From Squalus acanthias (lineage: Eukaryota), in NCBI GenBank assembly GCA_030390025.1, contig CM059429.1:96906001-96970000 (forward strand): a stretch of DNA of 64,000 bases, in the 5' to 3' direction. Below are positions 1 through 14,590 of this stretch, piece by piece. The notes under the pieces were generated by a model, which was not told the DNA's origin, ran no database searches, and was given only the letters and a program-made list of their open reading frames with translations. Both the position numbers and the translations under genes were made by a program. Each line of letters starts with the position of its first letter. Position 1 is the first letter of the stretch.

Positions 1-807
1 CGATGCTTTGGAACTGGCTAGCAGTTTGCTGATAGGTCTATCAAATTAGTGAAGTGGTTGAAATGTTAATTTTACAGTAAGTTGTATTAAATTCCCTGAT
101 TTGCTATCTGTAACAGTTAGTAGGCACCTTGACACTGCAACAAGAGAATGCAGCACAAGTTATTTTAATGTGCTATTTAAAACAAAGCTTCAGAGAGATG
201 AAAAGCCACTGTACTTTCATAAGACCTAACTAAATATTCGAAGTTTACTATATTTTCGACTAAATGTGCAGAACTTTTCTTTTAATCTCTTCCATCTGAC
301 AGCTTTCCAGCATTTCTAGAATTCATAGGATACGTGATCTGGCATTTAACACTCCTGGAAGAACAGGAGTGCCACAGGTTCAACCCACTCCATGGTTTTT
401 CATAAATCACCCAAGTTCCTTCATATGAGGAAAGACCTCATTCACATTGCATGGTCAAGAGGACTCAGTTTAAGGGAGTGGATTTTTGATTTGTGAATGC
501 ATTTAATGTTGCAGAGGCCAATTCAGAGTGCTTTAGTATACAGTGGAAGGCACAAGATGCAGCTTACACTGCTAATTAAATAAACTTGGATAGGAATATA
601 GTTTTTGCTTATAAAACCATCCAGTGGCAAACTAGCAACTGTTTAGGTCAGCTTTTCTATTTTGTTCATTTTTGTACATGTACTCTTCACGTGTTACGTT
701 ACCAGATCTGTAACTGTAATGTTACATAAGATATTTCTCTGCATGTAAGTAATACCTGAAACTACAGGCACATTCAAAGATCTTAATAGAATCAGCACAG
801 CATATAT

Positions 808-826
808 ACACACACACACACACACA
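808..826. repeat. (CA)n microsatellite
   Basis: acacacacacacacacaca. Confidence 0.9.
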
Positions 827-1299
827 TCACAGTGCAAAACTGTTTACATAGCCCTTTATGGAATTCTATTGAAAGTGCTACAATTTTCTAGAAATCCCAA
901 GACAGTTAAAATCTAAACTTGTACAGTGACTTGCACATATCAGTACACACCATTTGACTCTATACTCAACATGTTTTCTTTGGTGGAATTGTCTAGTGCC
1001 AAGAGACCACCTGAAGTAAAATAACAAAGATCCTATATGCTATGAAATCTTGAAGCTTGAGGATAAATATTTCAAGCTGTATTTTTGTACAACAGGTATT
1101 CAGTTACCGTCAAAATTTGCTTTTCCTTTTCCCCCACTCCTTCAATTTCCTCCAATTTTATCCCTCTCGCTGCAGTGCACTTCCATGGGCACCAGTCGTC
1201 CTCCGGTACCTCACCCAAGTAGCCATTCTTCATGAATAAGCCCAGACAGGCGGCGGTTTGTCTTGACATATGTACTTCTTTCAAAGGCCGTGGCGAGGG

Positions 1300-1480
1300 A
1301 CATACTGTTTAGAAATCAGGAGTAGGAATCCTGGCTGATTTCCCCCTCCCCAACACAAGGATGTCGAGGTGAATTGTAGCAACCCTACCTCAACCTCAGT
1401 TCACTTAATTCAACACAGACCAGGGATCAAAGCTGAAATCTTTCTGGTCTGTCACTACCTTTACCAGCTGAGCCACAGGG
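1300..1480 (-). mobile_element. Old tRNA-SINE fragment (related pieces at ~11240-11480 and ~11830-11930)
   Basis: tggctcagctggtaaag head; gggagggggaaatcagccaggattcctactcctgat shared with ~11435-11470. Confidence 0.5.
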
Positions 1481-3824
1481 AAGGAAGAATAATGTTTTAC
1501 CATCATTGCGCAATGCTCAAGTGACATTTTATTCAAACCTACAAAGTTGAAAAAAGGTGCAATAGTGTTCAAGGAATCCAGATTTAAATGGTAGATAACT
1601 TTTACATAACCAGTATTTTTCCCATGGACCACACTATAGATATATCAGATTATAAAAGTTACAAATGGTATATATTTTTTTTTTAAATCAAGTTTTCTGG
1701 AAATCAAGTCATTCTTGATCTCCGGTCAGTGGAGTATTTCAAAGTACAAATGTTTACCCCTTCTGATATTGGTATCACTGGACTTGTGAAATTTGTTTTG
1801 GAGTTTTCAGTACAATTATTAACCCTTTCCAGTACAGGACTCCGAATAAGATCTAGCAGACTGGCTATCTATTTTTCAATATCAAAGTATCCTCGGTCAG
1901 CTCACAGGGTTTGACACAGATGTTTGTAAATCAATAAAACAAAATGATTGCAGGAAGAGAAACACATTCAAATAAAGTGCAAATTTTAACCCATCTCTAA
2001 ACTGGCCTGATATAACCAAAGGAACACTGCTACATTGGTTGGAGTGTTAACTTTCATTTGGGCATGAATCATGACCAGATAGTGAGACTACGGCATTTGC
2101 TGCCATATTACTCAATAAGACCACACACCTTAAGTCCATTCCCTTTAACTATTCTGCTAATTGGCTCTTTTAGTCTCAAACTATAAAACTCATTCTGGAT
2201 TGGTGTGCTCTAAAGATGGTTCTCACTTACTGGGGATACGTGGCTGAGTTAATCAATTACAATACAATATTTTACCATAAATCACAATGAAAGATGCATT
2301 GATGACCACACAAGTATGTTATATTAGGGGCAAAGTAAATAAAGCCTACCCAAATGGCAATTCACAATACATTGCAGCTAAAATTAATAACGCCAAGGAT
2401 TCCATACAACACAAATGTTGAGGGTTGCATCAGTGGACTGCATTTACACGGAATCAGAAAACCCATGTCATATCTTGAAACCGAATATCTGAGGCATATG
2501 GCAGGCCAACAGGAGCACTACCTACCTGTTTCTACCTGTCCAGATTAATTAAGGAATTATGTCTCCTCAAGGCTAACACAGCCTTGTTTTTTTTTAAATA
2601 AAGGTCTTTGTTTCAGAGAAAGCCAGATTTAAAAAATACAGCATTTCATTTATAACTAAGCAGATTATGAAAAATTCTGATGAATTCTTTCCAACCGTTT
2701 TAAACAATTTAGCTATCACTTAATTATAAAGAAACTCGATTACAACATTTGAGGTGAAGCACCTTCTGAAAAATGTCATGTCATAAATGATATGACAGCA
2801 CAAAACAGCTTCAAGTTATCTTTTTGGAGGGGTCTCAAAGTGACAATTAAAACAATTATTTTTCAATTGCAAACCCAAGGTATTATAAATAGAAAATATA
2901 ACAACCTCTGACGTATGACAAATATTGTCACCTGAGACAACCACAGCTTAATGATCAACCACACTTTAGAAGAGATTTACCATATTCTGACTCGACATCT
3001 GTTTGGCTAAAAGTTCTGTAAAAATAGATTACAGAGATTCTCAAATAATTGACAGTAATTGTGCAACTGCTATGTTCTTTCCCCATCACTTGAACAAATT
3101 CTCGCTTCAGGGATAATTATCATAAACTTTAAAACTGAAAGAGAAGGAAGAAATTGCATTTATAATATTAGCACTTTGGTGCCTTTTGTTTTACCACGGT
3201 CGGTCTGTGCTTTTAGTCTTGTGCCCTAATATCAGAACAGCCTGTTTCACAGATACTCAGATGCCAGTTCCAAGGGGATCACTGTCAGGAAGCTACAATG
3301 CACATTGGCAAGGAGAACAAAAACAAGTAGGATAAATGGCAATTAAGGTTCAGATGGTTAGAAAAGCTTGGAACAGCCTTTTTTTTCCACCATTCACAAA
3401 CTAAATTTGGAACTTCTGAGAAAACTGCAGCATTTAAACTGTTGCTTTGGTTTGAGATTTTACAAATTTTATGGCCTGAGAATGGAATATTGCTTTGTTT
3501 TTGAAAGAGAGAGTGTGAAATGAAACCAACATTTGATTACAGTCAACTGCGCTATTCCCACATGCATAAAGTTGTAATGGAAATCTGAAACAGGACTACA
3601 ATATAACCACATAACAAACACATTTGTGCTCTGCTTTAAATAATAACCTATTTTAAAGCGTGGTTTCTAAAAGTTATTCATTTTTCTTCAGGCCTAGCAA
3701 TAATCTACAATAAGACAGTGTACAGAATATTTACTCATTCAGAAATATTAAAAGTCTCAAATTGAGAATTTTAAATTTCATGTTATGTTTTCTGAAATAT
3801 AACTTTAAAGGGGCTAGACATGAT

Positions 3825-3826
<2 letters not shown>

Positions 3827-3847
<21 letters not shown>
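3827..3847. repeat. (TA)n microsatellite
   Basis: atatatatatatatatatata. Confidence 0.9.
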
Positions 3848-3855
<8 letters not shown>

Positions 3856-3978
3856 CTTCTGGTGACAAAATTGCTACCAATATCTTAACAGCAATTTTTT
3901 TAATATAAACTGTCTAATGTTTTTATGCAAGTATTGGTGTAAATCCTGCATTGGTAGTACAATACCTAATCGATAACC

Positions 3979-4160
3979 AACACAGAAAATGCTGGAAATA
4001 CTCAGCAGGTCAGGCAGCATCTGTGAAGAGAGAAACAGAGTTAACGTTTCAGGTCGATGACCTTTCATCAGAACATTATCGACCTGAAACGTTAACTCTG
4101 TTTCTCTCTCCACAGATGCTGCCTGACCTGCTGAGTGTTTCCAGCATTTTCGGTTTTTAT
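3979..4160. mobile_element. Penelope family-B pseudo-LTR hairpin insertion
   Basis: Inverted arms ~3981-4058 and ~4078-4157; complete hammerhead core on the minus strand at 4039-4074. Confidence 0.8.
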
Positions 4161-4990
4161 TAACTGAAAGTTGCACTGAAGTCTCACTTACCCTCAATAC
4201 CCTTGTTCTACTATCCTTCTGGGATGGCTGAAGCACATTAAATGACAATCTCCCAGTCATGTTCGGCACATGTTAAAAAAAAGTTACTCTACCTTCCTCC
4301 AAAACTCAGAGCACCACTGCATGTATATGCTGCATCGTGCATTGCATCTAATCATGCACATATGCAGCAGTGCTGCAAATTACCGAGAAAGTTGAAGTGC
4401 AATGTGTGTGTGTGGCTAATAAAATCTGGCAACTTATATACACACAATGCTGTTAAACTAACCTAATGATCCACCGACTAGCTAGTACGGTTTGAATCAT
4501 CAGCAGGCAAGAATAGGGTGGCTTTAACATATGTTGTAACATTGCACACCTTGGATCCTGTGTTGGCTTCAACAGCTACAATGGAGGGAACAGCGTGCAG
4601 CTTTACCACTGGATACTACCTTGGGTGAGTTTACATTAAATTAACATAGTAGGAACACTTTTGATTTGGTAACGCTACACAGAGTTCTGGACTGCTCCAA
4701 GCATGAGCTCAAATTGTAATATAACAGGAGCATTTTGGGTCCAGGGCAAACAAGATTGTGTGTTAAAATTGAAGCTCAAACAAAATATTAAGAATTGAAT
4801 CTAAACCATTTTCCATACTACTACACTACCCTGAATCTATCTGTGTAACTCCTGAAGATTCAGTGTTATTAGAACTGTAATTTCATTTTGAATTTCAACT
4901 GCTTTTCTCCACTGAGTGACAGTCTTTATTAAAATAAGTTTGAGCTTTTAATGTACCCAATATTTAAAAAGAAACATTGGGGCAAAGACT

Positions 4991-5310
4991 AGGGGCCAGA
5001 ATTTACGGTCCGAGGCGTACCTCCAGAGTACGCCTCCAACCCGAAAAAAAATACGAACCTACCAGCTGGCTCCCGGGCTTCGGAGACTGCGGGTCCTGGG
5101 TCTCCGGGCGCAAGGGTTTCATGGGCATTTGCTGGGCAGTGTTGGGCAAGTAGCCCAACTCTGCGCCAGCGAAAGTGTTTTTGAGTCAGTGCGGTAGATC
5201 TGTCAAGGCGAACCTTGACAGGTCGCAAGTTCCGGGTTTTCGTGCATGTGCAACGCATGCGGAGACCCGGAACTTGCGGGGCAATTCTGAAGGTTTATGA
5301 TCCGGGCTTA
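4991..5310. mobile_element. Partial MITE of the same superfamily
   Basis: GGGGCCAGAATTT terminus; shared gatctgtcaag...cttgaca and gcatgtgcaacgcatgc palindromes. Confidence 0.55.
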
Positions 5311-5898
5311 GATTTTTATAAACATTGTTAAACAGATGTCAGTTCTTCCCACCCACCCACCCCCATTTATTCCCATTGATTTTTACCAATATCTTTATTC
5401 ATCCAGTCATCCTCATATTTCATCCCTACTCATTATACATTCCTTGCATTCACTGCTCATTTCTTTCTCCTTATCCCATGCATCATTTTAGAGTCCTCCC
5501 GCCAACTGGCTTTTTGCCTCCAGAAAACATTCCTGCCAGACTCTCCTAAACAGATCACCAACATTGGAAACAACAGCTTGCTGTATAGCCAGTAAAATGC
5601 ACATCAATTGGGATCTTATTCTTACAAAATGAGAATGTGTACATATACAATATCCCACACATGGAAACCAACCATCATAGAAAGGCATTATGGAGAATGT
5701 TAAAATTCTGTGTACATTTTTCCAGTTTGAGAGATTATTTTCTACTCATTAGCTATTTAACTGATTTACTCCAAAAACTGCTATTTGATTCAGTTGGAAG
5801 AGAATGAGTTTAACACGTAACCATTGTGTCAAACAGACATAAGTTGAGTTATAAATGAGTATTATAGGTAAGCCCTTGAATTAAAAAAATCAGAAAGA

Positions 5899-6166
5899 TT
5901 ACACTAAACTTTCAATGCCGGGCTTTACACGATTGGACCGACGTTTGAGGAATTCTCTCCAGTTGTTAACGAACCCGCGATTGTACTCGTCCGTTTTTAT
6001 GATTAGTCCCCAGAGGTACTTGTGTCCAATTTTGTCTCTCAAAGCAAAGCGCGTTTCTCTTTCTGTGATGTTGTAACTGATGTTGATGAGCTGGATGAGG
6101 AAGAGATAGCCCATCCCTGCAGTGACTATCGTGCAATACCAGGCACAGGTGAATGACAGTGCAGTG
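5899..6166 (-). CDS. ZDHHC23: ZDHHC23 last coding exon
   Basis: (S)TALSFTCAWYCTIVTAGMGYLFLIQLINISYNITERE...YNRGFVNNWREFL...ESLV-stop, containing the TTxE-like (NITERE) and PaCCT-like (YNRG...NWREF) motifs. ttatttcacag acceptor. Confidence 0.95.
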
Positions 6167-6719
6167 CTGTGAAATAAATAAAAACAGAATTTACAACATT
6201 GTAAATATGCTGCATCCGCTCGACGAGTACTCCAGGTTAACACACTCAGAACAGCGAGGCTGATTGAAAGATTAAAAAAATAAGAGTTTAGAATTCATTC
6301 ACACAAAAAAGTTTAGATGCGATATAAAAAACAAACATGCAAATGCCGTTGTAAATAGAAAATATGTTTGTAGGCTTAACAATATTTGCTGCATTTTTTT
6401 TTTAAACGTCTGTGGTGTAAAACACAGACTTGCGCATTTCAGAATTAAACATAGAAAATATGAAAGCTGTAAAAAAAATAATACGTGCAGCCTACTCTAG
6501 TACATAAATCATTCTAGATTTGAGATGTTGAAGTGACTAATTACATGCTCACCGATCTGACAGTTCTAATGTGCTCAATTTCACCAAGAACCTAGAGTTG
6601 TTGCGGGAAGTTAGTGTTCATAGATAGACAGATAGCCACCACCACAAGAGGAACCATTAAATATGCTGGTCTGTGGCTAGTTAATAGTAACGAGCATGAT
6701 GGCAGTATGTATTTTAATT

Positions 6720-6966
6720 CCCTATTTTAATCGCTCCACCATTGGCGGCCGTGCCTTCAGCTGCCTGGGCCCCAAGCTCTGGAATTCCCTCCCTAAACCT
6801 CTCCGCCTCTCTCTCCTCCTTTAAGATGCTCCTTAAAATCTACTTCATCTGTCCTAATATCTCCTTATGTGGCTCTGTGTCAAATTTTGTTTGGTAACGC
6901 TCCTGTGAAGTGCTTTGGGACATTTTGCTACGTTAAAGGTGTTATAGCAATGCAAGTTGTTGTTGT
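6720..6966 (+). mobile_element. L2 3' end
   Basis: ccaccattggcggccgtgccttcagctgcctgggccccaagctctggaattccct...gcaagttgttgttg, shared with 25300-25560. Confidence 0.85.
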
Positions 6967-8084
6967 ATTGGAACTCCAATTTCCTATACCAGGGTGGGAC
7001 TGTTCCTTAAGCAGCAAGATTCCAATCGAAGTCATGCTGATATGTGCAAGTACTGAAAAGAGGCAAAATACTTCCCCAGTGAGGGCGTCACCAGTATCCT
7101 CTGGTTAATCTCATATTGCCACTACCCAGTTATAATGCAGTGTTGGTGGACTACAGGGAGGGGACAGCACATTGCCTCAGCCAGAGGAGGTGTGTGACAG
7201 GATATATCAGGGGGGAGGTAAATAAAAAAAATCACTGAGGTTTGCGATGTCAAATCTCTCAATAATTGTTGCTTTGTGCATGGTTTTATGGGCCATTCAC
7301 TATTGCTAAACAAGTAATGCAACTGGTCATTCCCTGGAGCCAAGTCAATAAGATGAATGTAGTTTCTTTCCAAATTTGATGAAATCCTGACAGTGCTCAA
7401 TTGCTCCAAATCACAAACAGTACTGCTTGAGAAAAATCTATACACTGTGAAATGCTCAGCAGTGCAGTATGTGAGTTGCAGTCAGCCTGCTTAAATGCCT
7501 ACTTTTGTTAAGTCCTTCATTGAACACAAGAAGCTTGTGTTCTGAAATTGTACAGACCGAGATGACTTTACTCCTGAATATTCAACGCATCTTTCATAGC
7601 ATTAGAACAAATGCCTATCCATCAGAGATGGCAAATAAAAGTTGTTCATTGGGTAACTGGGATTACGGAATTTATTTCCACAAATGAAGAGCTGATTTGT
7701 GATTTTATTACTGGTGAATTCTGAATATCTTTATCATTGGATAGTAAATTATCTGTTGGAATATCCTCTATTTATGCCAGGAGCTCAGACAAAAAATGTA
7801 GAAACACTTTCACTTAATTTTGGAGGGTACTATGAATGCAAGTCGCACTTTAATACTCCCCACAATCCTGTGATGTGCCTTTCACCTTTCTTCAGAGATA
7901 CTCAGCCATCATACTGAAGATTCCCCCACGCACCAATACAGTATTACTGAACATCTATTTTCACTTACATTTCATTGTGTTTGCTTGTGGAGGCAACAAC
8001 CTGGGTTACAGGTCACGAGAAAGGCAAGAGAAGGGCAAAAGAGAGTGAACAGGTTACAGGAAAGGACAGAGCAGGTAGACAGGC

Positions 8085-9260
8085 AACAACAACTACTTGC
8101 ATTTATATAGCACCTTTAATGTAGCAAAATGTCCAAAGGCACTTCATAGGAGCGTTATTAATCAAAATTTGACACCGAGCCACAGAAGGAGCTATCAGGA
8201 CAGATGACCAAGAGCTTGGTCAAAGAGGTAGGTTTTAAGGAGCGTCTTCAAGGAGGAGAGGTGGAGAGGTTTAGGGAGGGAATTCCAGAGCTTAGGGCCC
8301 AGGCAGCTGAAGGCACGGCCGACAATGGTGGAGCGATTATAATCGAGGATGCGCGAGAGGCCAGAATTGGAAGAGCGCAGAAACCTTGTGGGGCTGGAAG
8401 AGGTTGGAGATTGGGAGGGCGAGGCCATGGAGGATTTGAAAACAAGGATGAGAATTTTAAAATTGAGGCATTGCTGGGCCGGGAGCCGATGTAGATCAGC
8501 GAGCACAGGGGTGATGGGTGAACGGGACTTGGTGCGAGCCACAAGGGGTGATGGGTGAACGGGACTTGGTGTGAGTTAAGATACAGGCAGCGAGTTTTGG
8601 ATGAGCTCAAGTTTATATAGTGTTGAAGATGGGAGACCGGCCAGGAGAGCATTGAAATAGTCAAGTCTAGAGGTAACAAAGACATGGATGAGGGTTTAAA
8701 CAACAAATGAGCTGAGGTGGGGTGGAGTCGGGCGATGTTACAGAGGTGGAAATAGGTAGTCTTGGTGATGAAGCGGATGTGTGGTCGGAAGCTCATTTCA
8801 GGGTCAAATATGACACCAAGGTAGCGAACGGTCTGGTTCAGCCTCAGACACTTGCCAGGGAGAGGGATGGAGTCGGTGGCTAGGAAATGGAGTTAGTGGC
8901 GGGGACTGAAGACAATGGCTTTGGTCTTCCCAATATTTAGTTGGAGGAATCTTCTGCTCATCCAATACTGGATGTCGGACAAGCAGTGACACAAATCAGA
9001 GACAGTGAAGGGATCGAGAGAGGTGATGGTGAGGTAGAGCTGGGTGTCGTCAGCGTACCTGTGGAACCTGATGTGTTTTCCGATGATGTCGCCGAGGGGC
9101 AGCATATAGATGAGAAATAGGAGGGGGCCAAGGATAGATCCTTGGGGGACTCGAGGTAATGGTGCAGGAGCGGGAAGAGAAGCCATTGCAGGTGATTGTC
9201 TGGCTACGACTGGACAGATAAGAATGGAACCAGTCAAGGGCAGTCCCACCCAGCTGACAA
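8085..9260 (-). mobile_element. L2-clade LINE 3' fragment
   Basis: [20 protein letters not shown]...[14 protein letters not shown]...LKTYLF. Internal ~37-bp tandem duplication at ~8503-8575. Confidence 0.92.
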
Positions 9261-12249
9261 AAGGGAAGATTGGGACAGTGGGACAGGGAGCTGTACAAGG
9301 TGATAGGTTGAAGGTAGGGCTGAACTGCCAACTGTGAAAGACTGTAGAAATGACATTTTGTGGGATGAAAAGGTTTCGTATTATATAAACACTGCACACA
9401 TTAAAGAGAAGGACTGTACACTGGTTGTCATATTGGTGCAGATGTAGTAAATATTCTTATATTTTTCAAGAGGGTACACTCACTCCATAGTTGCACATAT
9501 TTGTTTAGTTGTTTTAAGTTTCAGGGCCAGAGCACCATGGGATTGGATGAATAACTGAATACCTGTACATGGGGCTTTCCTGCCTTTTTGAGAGCATTGC
9601 TGGATTATTGCATTGTTTTTGTGCATCTGGGAGCAGCATATAGTGTTATTTCATTTTCTGTCTAGCCTCAGCCTACCCCTCCTTTGCAGTGGTATGTAGG
9701 GTTGGCAAGGGGGGCTTGTACCAGTTCCAGAAAAGGGATCCTTTCCAAGCTCTATGCCGAAGCCATACATCACTGCTCTGACTAGCAGTACTCAGAGGGA
9801 AGGAAGCCTCAGTTGTTCTGGGAGAGAAGTGGCGATTGAACAAGTTGAAGATCGAGAGCCAGGAGAAAGGAAAGGGATCCGAGAGATGAGAAACTGAACA
9901 CCATCAAACAACAGTAACACCCGTTTCTGCCCAAAATCCACGGAGCACTTAACACGCTGGAAGTGGTAACTTTGAAACTGATTTTAATGCAAACAATTAA
10001 TGGCTAGTGTTTTTTGGCTGATTTAAGTGATTGCCCAATTTAAACGTGGGCATTTTAAGTGGTGGGGGCTGTACTAAAACTCAAAAGTTTTCTGGTGACA
10101 TACCTCCAGGCTCCTAAGAAAATAAATTTCCGTCGTAAGCGTCCAAATTCTCCAACCCTGCAAAATGCATTTTCAAGTACTTCAAGTCAAGGGTTTGTTC
10201 TTGCAACACAAGTTTTGGAAATGATTGCTGTACCTGCAACCAGGTTGTGACAAACCTGTCCACTTTCAAGTCCCACTCCACTTGCAGTGGTTTTGCTATC
10301 ACTTATCCCATGTTTAGGGCTGTTATTTTGGGAGGGCTGTGTCAGTTTTTGTTAGTTTATCTAGGCTGGCATGCTTGATTATATATAATTAAATTTTTCA
10401 CCCCACTTACACCAAAATGGTAAACAGTTGATGATATCCTGGTATATCCAGGTTGCAAACACTTTCGTATCAAAGCGCAAATCTTCCAAAGCTCTAAACT
10501 TGGTAAACTAAAGGAAAATGTAGCTATATACAAAAATAATTTCAAGTTTATGTTTTCAATGTGCATGAAGCTGGGCTTTGTGCCAATAATGATCGACCAG
10601 ATGCTAAAATGAGTGATCTTGGAGAGCAGCTCTTCCCGCAACCAATGATGAGCACGTTGGCAGGGCGAGTACTTCACTACTGAAGATAATGTCCCAGAGG
10701 TATGTGTTATTTATGAGATAACCCAACACTAGAACAATACCATTTTACTTCATTGCGTTTTAAAACTAACCCCAAGAGGCACTGGATAGCACGGTGGATT
10801 AGAACACTGCTCCTTCACTTCGAGGACTGCGGTTCATACCCATCAGCTTCAGGCTGAATTCAAATCTCTCTTTGGGCTGTAACAGCCTTGTGTGAATTGA
10901 GTTGTTAGTTGGCACATGACTACAATACAAAACCATCAGCAATTTTCTACCACTTAGCAGAGATAAGAATGACATGTGGGAACTGGAAATGGCACATCAA
11001 GTGATAAATGTTCTATTCCCAGCACTGGCATCATCCAACTTGATAAGTATAAAAATTCACCCCAAAACATTCAGTACAAACATGTGTAACAGCACAAGTA
11101 GGTGTTCAACTGAGCTAATGTTAAACAATACAAAAAAATATTAAGGATGTGGATGTAATCAATGGGATTTTGCTTTGGTGGAATCTGCGCCAGGGTTGGA
11201 ATATAGTTTTCTCTTTTTATTGTTATTTTCTCCCTCTTCTTTCACCTTCTTCTCTGCTCTTCTGAACTTCTGGTTGAATTACAGCTCCACAGGCGCTAAT
11301 AACTCTCCCGTACTTTTCCCAAGAGGTAGTTATTCAGGTTATTTGACCATGGAGGCATAACAGTCGAGTCCAATCCTGTTGTTACCCATTCTCCACTGTC
11401 CGCAGTGGGAGGGGAGAAATGACTGGATAACCATCAGGAACAGGAACCCTGGAATATTTTTCCCTCCCTAAACCAGAAACATAGCAATTGCGAGGTGAAA
11501 AAATCTGGTAGCTGCACGATACGACTATAATGGAGTTGTTGACTAATCATGGCAATCAACCTCTATCAAATAAGTCTACAACAGACCCTGACATGAGACG
11601 AGGAAAACCCCCAATGGTGGAAAGCTTTGGGAACCATAAGTCTAAATACACCTGTTCCTCCCAAGCGTGCTAAACCTATCACAGGTCTCAGATTACTCAG
11701 ATATTGTATCCCATAATATTATTTTCTGAAAGAAATCCATCTAATTTGCATTTGAATGAATCAACACTTTCTGCTTCCATCATCTCCTTAAGGAGGCGGT
11801 TCCATAGATTTGCCACTCACTCAGGAACACAGAGCCAACTGTAGTGCCCCAGGTGAGATCAGTCAATGCGGCACTGAACCTGGGACTGTCCCAGTTTGTA
11901 CAGTGCATCTGCTCATTGAATCATGCAGCATCCCCCCCTTCTGAAGCCCCCTATGGCAAACATCATTCCCCAATTGCAAGCATGGTCAGACGACCAATTG
12001 GCCTCTCTCTACTCTGGAGAACAGCAGCAGAAGGGGTTTCTCAGCTTCCCATCTTACTTCCCACTGGAAAAAGCATCTCGTCCCACAGAACGAGTGGGTT
12101 GAGATTGGGTGCTTTCCAGTTATTACCATTCATGAAGCGATTGATTACTGTGCTACTATACTACCACATGGCTACACTTCAACAGCTTTTGGATTTAAAA
12201 TTATCTCTTCAAAGTGTTTCCCATTGGTGTGGCTCGTACATTTCTAATC

Positions 12250-13140
12250 AACACTACATATCCAAGGTAGTTAAATTTGCTGATGGCACCAAGCCAGGGA
12301 GACTGTGGATTCAAAGGAGGCAGACCAATTCTGACAAAGGGGGTGTGATCGGGTTTGCACCTGGGCTGATCAGAGGTAAATGAAGGTACTGCACATTGGA
12401 TGTAAAAATAAGAGGTCAATGTATTCAATGAGTGGAAAAGAACATGCCAACGCACAAGCTGAAAGAGACGTAGCAGCATTGGCTAACTCGTTACTTACCT
12501 TGTCTACAAAATGTGAGACAATAACTGAGGCAAATAGGACACTGAGGTCCATTTCCAAAGCAACTCCAGAGAAGTCACGCTGAGGCTGTGTAGGTTTTGG
12601 TGAAGCTATAATCATATTGTGTACAATTCTGGTCGCTGCAACATAAGGGAACCATTCTGGTCCGAGCGGCAGTGCAGAGAACATCAAGGCTGATCTCTGG
12701 TGTTGGGATCAGCTAAGAGGAAGACTTGGATAAAGTGGGACTATGTAGTTTTAAAAAAACAAAAAGCAGAGAAAACATTTTTCAAAGGGGACTTTATAGA
12801 AATATATAAAATATTTAGTGGGATAAAATAAACCAGAATCAATACTTTCAGATACATCAGCACAGCAAACAAAGAAGTTAAAAGATGGCACAGGTTCAAG
12901 GCTGTGATGGGCAAGTTCTGGACAGAAGCCAGGAAGTGTTCCTACACACAGATGATTAGCATAAAAGGGGATTAACAGCTAGAACAGATTGCTAGGTACA
13001 GGCCAAGATATCGGATACATTTAGGCCAAAAGCTAGGTATGCTGTAACGGGGAAACAGATGGGTTGGTGTTCTGGAAGGATGAAATCAAATGGGTTGAAG
13101 GGCCTTCTTCATATGAACCCATCTTTTGATATTATGATCT
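12250..13140 (+). mobile_element. Old, highly degenerate CR1
   Basis: KVVKFADGTK and MKVLHIGCKN remnants. Confidence 0.7.
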
Positions 13141-13242
13141 TGTGAAGTGGTTAATGTGGAACAGTTTACAAATTCTATCCAAATTAGTTGGGTTAACCAA
13201 ATCTAAAACACGACTGTAAAAGAGTGATGTCCCCTTTCTTAC

Positions 13243-13410
13243 CTGTGCTCATTGTAGACTCCAGGACAATAGAATAAAGCTGTGAAAATGCTTCTCCCCC
13301 TGCATATAGTGTTCAAAGTCAGACTGATTCCATACATGGAGGTCAGGAGGAAAAGAAAGAGGGTCAGAATAAATGCACGGTGATTGGCTTCACCTACACA
13401 ATTGTTAATC
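13243..13410 (-). CDS. ZDHHC23: ZDHHC23 coding exon (168 nt)
   Basis: Translates (W)INNCVGEANHRAFILTLFLFLLTSMYGISLTLNTICRGRSIFTALFYCPGVYNEH(S), continuing DHHCVW-INNCVG. tttccag acceptor, AG|GTAAG donor. Confidence 0.95.
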
Positions 13411-14140
13411 CTGGAAACAGAACAAAATAAATAAATAAAAAAAGGTTTGAATCAAACATCATGAAACCTAAGAAGAGCTGATTCCTCCCAAACTATAAGT
13501 GACAATTTTATATGCTTATGAAGAAACTGAGATTAACTGAAAATGTTAGTGAAAAAAAACCAGAGTCCCAACCAGATATACCCGAGCAGACCATCTCCCT
13601 AAACCCCAATGTTCCAGCACTTCATACGTACTGAACATAAGCGAGTCTGCAAGTTTAATAATCCACGATATTACATTAAAAAAAACACAAGATGTGAAAA
13701 ATTACAGCAATAACCTGAAGCTTTGTGAAGTGCAATATTTCCATTCACTTTACTTTTCACCCCAATCGTGCTCACATAAAATGTTTCTTACACGAGAGAT
13801 TGAGCAACAGCCTTGGGCTTTTACAGGGGCTACACACTTTCCAGAGATGGTATCAGGGCAGCACATGAACAAGGTTATCAGTTTTCCATTCTGTGAAGCT
13901 TCAACTGGCAACTTAACTTGGAACTGATGATTCATTGTGCGCGGTGCTCAACAGTGTGGAATACGGGCAGCTGTGTGAACTTTTATCCTAAGATGTAGTG
14001 TGAGAAATCATAATTTCAAACCATAGGAAGAGAAGGTCTGACTCTAGAGCTTCAGCAGATAATAAGAATCATCAGAATTATAGCAGATAGAATATAGTTT
14101 GAAATAATCAAATGAGGTTTAGTTTTTAAGCAATTAAGAG

Positions 14141-14590
14141 ATAGAAAGAAAGACTTGCATTTGTATAGCGCCTTTCACAACCACCGGACGTCTCAAAGCA
14201 CTTTACAACCAATGAAGTATTTTTGAAGTGTAGTCACTGTTGTAATGTGGGAAACGCGGCAGCCAATTTATGTACAGCAAGCTCCCACAAACAGCAATGT
14301 GATAATGACCAGATAATCTGTTTTTGTTATGTTGGTTGAGGGATAAATATTGGCCAGGACACTGGGGATAACTCCCCTGCTCTTCTTCGAAATAGTGCCA
14401 TGGGATCTTTTACGTCCACCTGAGAGAGCAGACGGTTTAACGTCTCATCCGAAAGATGGCACCTCCGACAGTGCAGCACTCCCTCAGCACTCCACTGGAG
14501 TGTCAGCCTAGCTTTGTGTGCTCAAGTCCCTGAACCCACAACCTTCTGACTCAGAGGCGAGTGTGCTACCCACTGAGCCACAGCTGACAG
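14141..14590 (-). mobile_element. tRNA-derived Deu-domain SINE (SacSINE1-like) with L2-type tail
   Basis: Minus strand reads gtcagctgtggctcagtgggtagcac...ggttc (A/B boxes), then the central ggagtgctgcactgtcggaggtgcc...ggatgagacgttaaaccg domain, then the tail aggcgctatacaaatgcaagtctttctttct. Family name is from memory. Confidence 0.85.

Noticed and set aside
1700-1914. Short open frames on both strands downstream of ZDHHC23
   Set aside because: No homology recognised and weak splice context; could be UTR or intergenic.
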